DNA from: Methylocystaceae bacterium
Lineage (GTDB): Bacteria; Bacillota; Syntrophomonadia; Syntrophomonadales; JBLNAA01
Assembly (NCBI GenBank): GCA_050259135.1
Contig: JBLNAA010000138.1
Location: 5,318 to 69,317, forward strand
Direction of reading: 5' to 3'
Length of the DNA stretch: 64,000 nt
The notes beneath the pieces were generated by a model. The model was not told the origin of the DNA, searched no databases, and worked only from the letters and a program-made list of their open reading frames with translations. Below, one piece after another: positions 61,101 through 64,000 of the stretch (its first letter is position 1; each line of letters begins with the position of its first letter). The translations under genes and the position numbers were made by a program.

Positions 61101-61756
61101 AAATGGCCTTTAAAATCATGGAAAGTGTACGTAAAGGCAAGGGGTTAACCGATGAATATATTGATGCCATGCAGGGATGTGAAATACCTGAGTGGTATAT
61201 TAATGCCTGCCTGAAAATTAAATACATGTTCCCCAAAGCTCATGCGGTAGCCTATGTTATGATGGCTTACCGCATCGCCTATTACAAGGTTTATTATCCG
61301 CAGCAGTTTTACGCCGCCTACTTTTCCATCCGGGCGGAGGACTTTGATACCGAGGCTGCCCTGGCTGGCTATGACCGGGTGGCAGAAAGACTGAAGGAAA
61401 TTGAAAAGATGGGTATGGGAGCCCCTCCCAAAGAAAAGAATCTATTACCGGTGTTGGAATTAACTCTGGAAGCTCTGGCCCGAGGGATTAAATTCCTGCC
61501 AGTAAATATATGGGAATCAGATGCTGCCTATTTTAAAGTGACTGATGATGGGATTATTATTCCGTTTAATGCTTTACCAGGAGTAGGCAACCAGGCTGCC
61601 CGGGCAATTGTGGAAGCCCGAAAAGATGGCTCTATATCTTCAGTTCAGGATTTGCAGGTCAAAGCGCATATTTCTACCCCTGTCGTGGAAATACTCAAAA
61701 ATGCAGGCTGTCTGGCTGAGTTACCTGAAAGCTCACAAATTGCGCTTTTTGCCTGA
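58121..61756 (+). CDS. polC: DNA polymerase III PolC-type alpha subunit, lacking the internal DEDDh 3'-5' exonuclease domain
   Basis: PolC landmarks occur in order: OB fold (VTINGQVFAVDTKTLKGNRNLVIYSITDYTDSLLVKHF), PHP (RVELHAHT, ITDHG, TGDVHFL), Zn module (CPVCQHSEF..CSECGH), GSRGSVGSSFVAYL, KRTTGQHPGG, HGTDVW. Only 1211 aa, with no FDxETTG, HNxxFD or HRAxxD motifs. The start may be GTG 58136, which follows GGGGAG. Confidence 0.9.
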   Translation: MGSVPVGSFYNWVTNELHINLNSSWLDCEVVDVDIYRESQRLQITLALPCAVNNAELEHLESLIAAKVRVNKVGIKPKWLLPDETLNSLIKEQEAELRHVILNEDLFNTELVTWDIDEGKINLVAADLKVWESLLENEVCSRLAEWINDQYRVNVLVKTTCGQRVNNGCQPQEEQMVKLKAATFIEGREKKNVTRKSAGKNEKAPPFIDNLHDLDEGMGRVTINGQVFAVDTKTLKGNRNLVIYSITDYTDSLLVKHFLSDNQETVNAVGEWIQIAGHLQYDNFEHEMVMIADHIRLIEPRQREDNAPEKRVELHAHTVMSALDGMVPVAELVKTAARWGHQAIAITDHGVVQAFPEAYQVGEKAGIKVIMGMEGYLVDKDIQSRAYHIILLARNYVGLRNLYQLVSCSYLDNFYRTPRLKRQDIIDHREGLIIGTACEAGELFQALLQGDDNSQLEQIAAFYDYIEIQPLGNNAFMLRENVVDTEEELIRINRQLADLGNRLNLPVVATGDVHFLEPGDEVFRRILQAGKGMDDAEFQAPLYLHTTEEMLNEFKYLGEEEARRVVITNPQAIADQIETIKPVPDELYTPTIDGADEVITSLSREKAVQLYGQPLHPLVTARLDKELTSIVGHGFSNLYYIAYRLVKKSNEDGYLVGSRGSVGSSFVAYLTGITEVNPLPPHYVCPVCQHSEFITDGSIGCGADLEPAFCSECGHEYRRDGFDIPFETFLGFDGDKVPDIDLNFSGDYQANAHQFVEELFGHDKVFRAGTISTVAEKTAYGFVKKYMEAKSIKYRTPEIERLVKGITGVKRTTGQHPGGLMIVPREKDVHEFTPLQHPADDPKSGVTTTHFDYHSISERLVKVDILGHDDPTMIRTLNDLTKFDARLVPMDEPKVMSLFSSTEALGVTPQQIRSEVGTYGVPEFGTRFVRQMLEATRPCTFAELIRISGLSHGTDVWLNNAQTLIAEQTATLNEVIATRDDIMTYLLRNQVPAKMAFKIMESVRKGKGLTDEYIDAMQGCEIPEWYINACLKIKYMFPKAHAVAYVMMAYRIAYYKVYYPQQFYAAYFSIRAEDFDTEAALAGYDRVAERLKEIEKMGMGAPPKEKNLLPVLELTLEALARGIKFLPVNIWESDAAYFKVTDDGIIIPFNALPGVGNQAARAIVEARKDGSISSVQDLQVKAHISTPVVEILKNAGCLAELPESSQIALFA

Positions 61757-61774
61757 ATTTAGTGCTGCCATCCC

Positions 61775-61804
61775 TTGTACATATTGGTTTTACTGTGCTA
61801 TACT
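61775..61804 (+). promoter_or_regulatory. sigma-A-type promoter of the rimP-nusA operon (TTGTAC, 18 nt spacer, extended -10 TGTGCTATACT)
   Basis: -35 at 61775-61780 and -10 TATACT at 61799-61804. The 11-mer TGTGCTATACT is identical to the one in the rpsB promoter. Confidence 0.55.
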
Positions 61805-61833
61805 GCAAATAAGGTGGCAAATAGTGTAATGCT

Positions 61834-61857
61834 AAGAGTGGGTTAGAGCCCACTCTT
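61834..61857 (+). terminator. terminator-like hairpin (polC terminator and/or rimP-nusA leader attenuator)
   Basis: AAGAGTGGG-TTAGAG-CCCACTCTT (9-bp stem) followed by an interrupted U-tract, TCTGTT. Confidence 0.6.
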
Positions 61858-61898
61858 TCTGTTGATACATAGGGATCAAAGAATAAGGTGGTATTTTA

Positions 61899-62366
61899 TT
61901 GCAAAATCATGAACTTGTCGCTCGCCTCGAAGAAAAATTGGAAGTATTGTTGCAGCCAAAAGGGTTGGAAGTGGTTGACGTACAGTACCTGTCATTTGAA
62001 GGTAGTATGGTGCTCCGAATTTTCATCGATAACCCTGAAACGGGAGTAGACCTTCAGACTTGTGAGCGAACCAGTCGGGTGATTAGTGAATGGTTGGATA
62101 TCAATGATCCTATCCCGGGAGATAGCTATCTGTTGGAAGTATCGTCACCGGGTATTGACAGGATACTCAAGAAAGACCGTGACTTTAAGCGCTTTGAGGG
62201 CAGTCAGGTTAAGGTTAAACTCAAGCAGAAAATTGATGGCCAGCGCAATCTTAAAGGTATTTTAGTTGGTTATGACCCGGAAAGTATCACGATCATGGTT
62301 GACGATAAATCATGGCAATTGCCGCGGGCACAAATAGCTTATACGCGTTTGGATCCTGAAATATAA
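61899..62366 (+). CDS. rimP: ribosome maturation factor RimP (YlxS)
   Basis: LEVSSPGIDRILKK motif; lies upstream of nusA. TTG start follows AAGGTGG. Confidence 0.9.
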   Translation: MQNHELVARLEEKLEVLLQPKGLEVVDVQYLSFEGSMVLRIFIDNPETGVDLQTCERTSRVISEWLDINDPIPGDSYLLEVSSPGIDRILKKDRDFKRFEGSQVKVKLKQKIDGQRNLKGILVGYDPESITIMVDDKSWQLPRAQIAYTRLDPEI

Positions 62367-62382
62367 GAGGAGGATAGAGGGA

Positions 62383-63426
62383 ATGGCAAATGAACTCATC
62401 CAGGCATTGACCGACATCGAAAAGGAAAGAGGCATTCCCAAGGATGTTTTAATAGATGCGATTGAATCAGCTCTTAAAACTGCCTACAAAAAGAACTTCG
62501 GTTCCAATCAGAATGTTACCGTCGAGTTAAACCCTATCACCGGCGAGGTGACTGTGTTTGCCCGCAAGTTGGTAGTGGAAGAGGTTACCGACGATCGCAC
62601 TCAGGTATCATTAAGCGAAGCCCAGGAAAGCAACCCGGAATTACAGCTGGATGATGAAATGATATTTGAGGTTACCCCGGCGGAATTTGGCCGTATTGCT
62701 GCTCAGACTGCCAAACAGGTAGTTATTCAGCGGCTCAGAGAAGCGGAACGTACTCTTATTTATGATGAGTTTTCCAGCCGCGAAGGTGAATTAGTTACCG
62801 GTACTGTAGCCAGAGTTGAGCAAAAAATAGTATACCTTAATCTGGGAAGAACTGAAGCAACCATGCTGCCTCAGGATCAAATTGCATCGGAAAGCTATTA
62901 TCCGGGTATGCGGATTAAGGGATATATTTATGAGGTTCGTCGTTCGGCCAAAGGACCGCAGGTGTTTATATCTCGATCCCATCCTAATTTTCTGAAAAGG
63001 CTATTTGAATTAGAGGTACCAGAAATATATGATGGTTTGGTTGAGATCAAATCCATTGCCCGTGAAGCCGGAGCCAGGTCCAAGATTGCTGTTTATTCGC
63101 GGGACGAAAAGATTGACCCGGTCGGATCCTGTGTCGGCCCCAGGGGTATTCGGGTACAAAATATTGTTCGTGAGTTAGGCGGCGAAAAGATCGATATTAT
63201 TAAATGGTCGACTGATGTGGCAGAGTTTGTAGCTAATGCCCTCAGTCCTTCGCGGGTAGTCTATGTAAATGTATTTGAAAATGAAAAAACTGCCCGGGTG
63301 GTAGTCCCCGATTATCAATTGTCACTGGCAATCGGTAAAGAGGGGCAAAACGCCCGTCTGGCAGCCAAACTAACCAGTTGGAAGATAGATATTAAGAGTG
63401 AAAGCCAGTTTGAGGAAGGAAGTTAA
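62383..63426 (+). CDS. nusA: transcription termination/antitermination factor NusA
   Basis: N-terminal domain, S1 domain (GELVTGTVARVEQKIVYLNLG) and KH domains (VGSCVGPRGIRVQNI, AIGKEGQNARLAAKLT). Confidence 0.95.
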   Translation: MANELIQALTDIEKERGIPKDVLIDAIESALKTAYKKNFGSNQNVTVELNPITGEVTVFARKLVVEEVTDDRTQVSLSEAQESNPELQLDDEMIFEVTPAEFGRIAAQTAKQVVIQRLREAERTLIYDEFSSREGELVTGTVARVEQKIVYLNLGRTEATMLPQDQIASESYYPGMRIKGYIYEVRRSAKGPQVFISRSHPNFLKRLFELEVPEIYDGLVEIKSIAREAGARSKIAVYSRDEKIDPVGSCVGPRGIRVQNIVRELGGEKIDIIKWSTDVAEFVANALSPSRVVYVNVFENEKTARVVVPDYQLSLAIGKEGQNARLAAKLTSWKIDIKSESQFEEGS

Positions 63427-63429
63427 ACC

Positions 63430-63705
63430 TTGGTCAAGGTAAAAAAATTACCACAGCGGATGTGCGTAGGATGCCGGGAAATGAAAAATAAGAAAGAGTT
63501 GATCCGGATTGTACGCAATAAAGATGGTGAGATAAGTATCGATCGTACAGGGAAAAAACCTGGCCGAGGCGCTTATTTATGTCCTGCATTATCGTGCTTT
63601 AAAGATGCAGTAAAAGGGAAAAGACTGCAAAAGGCTTTGGAGCATGATATACCTCCTGAAGTTATTGCTGATCTTGAAAAGGAACTAACTCCCAATGAGG
63701 ACTAA
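63430..63705 (+). CDS. ylxR: YlxR/RnpM (DUF448) RNA-binding protein
   Basis: RMCVGCREMKNKKELIRIV and GRGAYLC motifs; TTG start. Confidence 0.9.
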   Translation: MVKVKKLPQRMCVGCREMKNKKELIRIVRNKDGEISIDRTGKKPGRGAYLCPALSCFKDAVKGKRLQKALEHDIPPEVIADLEKELTPNED

Positions 63706-64000
63706 TCGAGTACTACAGCTGGTTGGACTGGCGGCTCGGGCGGGCCAGGTAACCAGTGGGACAGAGGCAGTTAAAAACAGTATACTAAGAAAGAAGGCAT
63801 ATTTATTGATATTAAGCAACGATATAGCTGACAACACCAGCCGGGAACTAATTGCTGCCTGTCAGCGTACCGGTGTGCACCATATATGTAATGGTAATAA
63901 ATATGAATTAGGGCAGGCGGTAGGCAAAGCCTACCGGGTTGCAGTTACCATTAATGAACCAAGGTTAGCCCAAAGAGTATTATCTGAGTTGGAAGCAGTG
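63695..64000 (+). CDS. ylxQ: L7Ae-family RNA-binding protein YlxQ (3' end runs off the window)
   Basis: My own translation from ATG 63695: MRTNRVLQLVGLAARAGQVTSGTEAVKNSILRKKAYLLILSNDIADNTSRELIAACQRTGVHH...GKAYRVAVTINEPRLAQRV. No stop codon before nt 64000. Absent from the ORF track. Sits in the expected position between ylxR and infB. Confidence 0.8.
   Translation, partial: MRTNRVLQLVGLAARAGQVTSGTEAVKNSILRKKAYLLILSNDIADNTSRELIAACQRTGVHHICNGNKYELGQAVGKAYRVAVTINEPRLAQRVLSELEAV

Overview
This 64 kb window is core chromosome from an endospore-forming Firmicute, Clostridia-like on gene content (spoVK, a ytvI-like gene, short EF-Ts, ispG between rseP and proS). All roughly 70 genes are on the + strand, and the order closely follows Bacillus subtilis. 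The blocks are: (1) small ORF, HDAC-family deacetylase, mutL, rsmJ-like methyltransferase, miaA, hfq; (2) spoVK, ynbB-like PLP enzyme, dprA, topA, trmFO, xerC, hslV, hslU, codY; (3) a roughly 30 kb fla/che operon running flgB to sigD, followed by a FapA/DUF342 gene and two uncharacterised ORFs; (4) rpsB, tsf, pyrH, frr, uppS, cdsA, (ytvI-like), dxr, rseP, ispG, proS, (mgtC-like), polC; (5) rimP, nusA, ylxR and a 3'-truncated ylxQ. I found no rRNA, tRNA, CRISPR array, transposase, prophage or defence-island signature, and I cannot support a discrete novel multi-gene system here. The strongest lead is that PolC, the replicative polymerase, cleanly lacks the DEDDh 3'-5' exonuclease domain normally nested in its PHP domain. 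Secondary leads: a tandemly duplicated ~70-aa module inserted in the hook protein FlgE; G9 and C8 homopolymer tracts inside fliK and fliH; a perfect 8-3-8 palindrome just upstream of flgB; a promoter plus terminator-like hairpin leader ahead of rimP-nusA; and a GC-rich hairpin after flgE. Several ORF-track starts look too far upstream, and I refined them using RBS position and homolog N-termini. All identifications come from motif recognition and synteny by eye; no database search was run.
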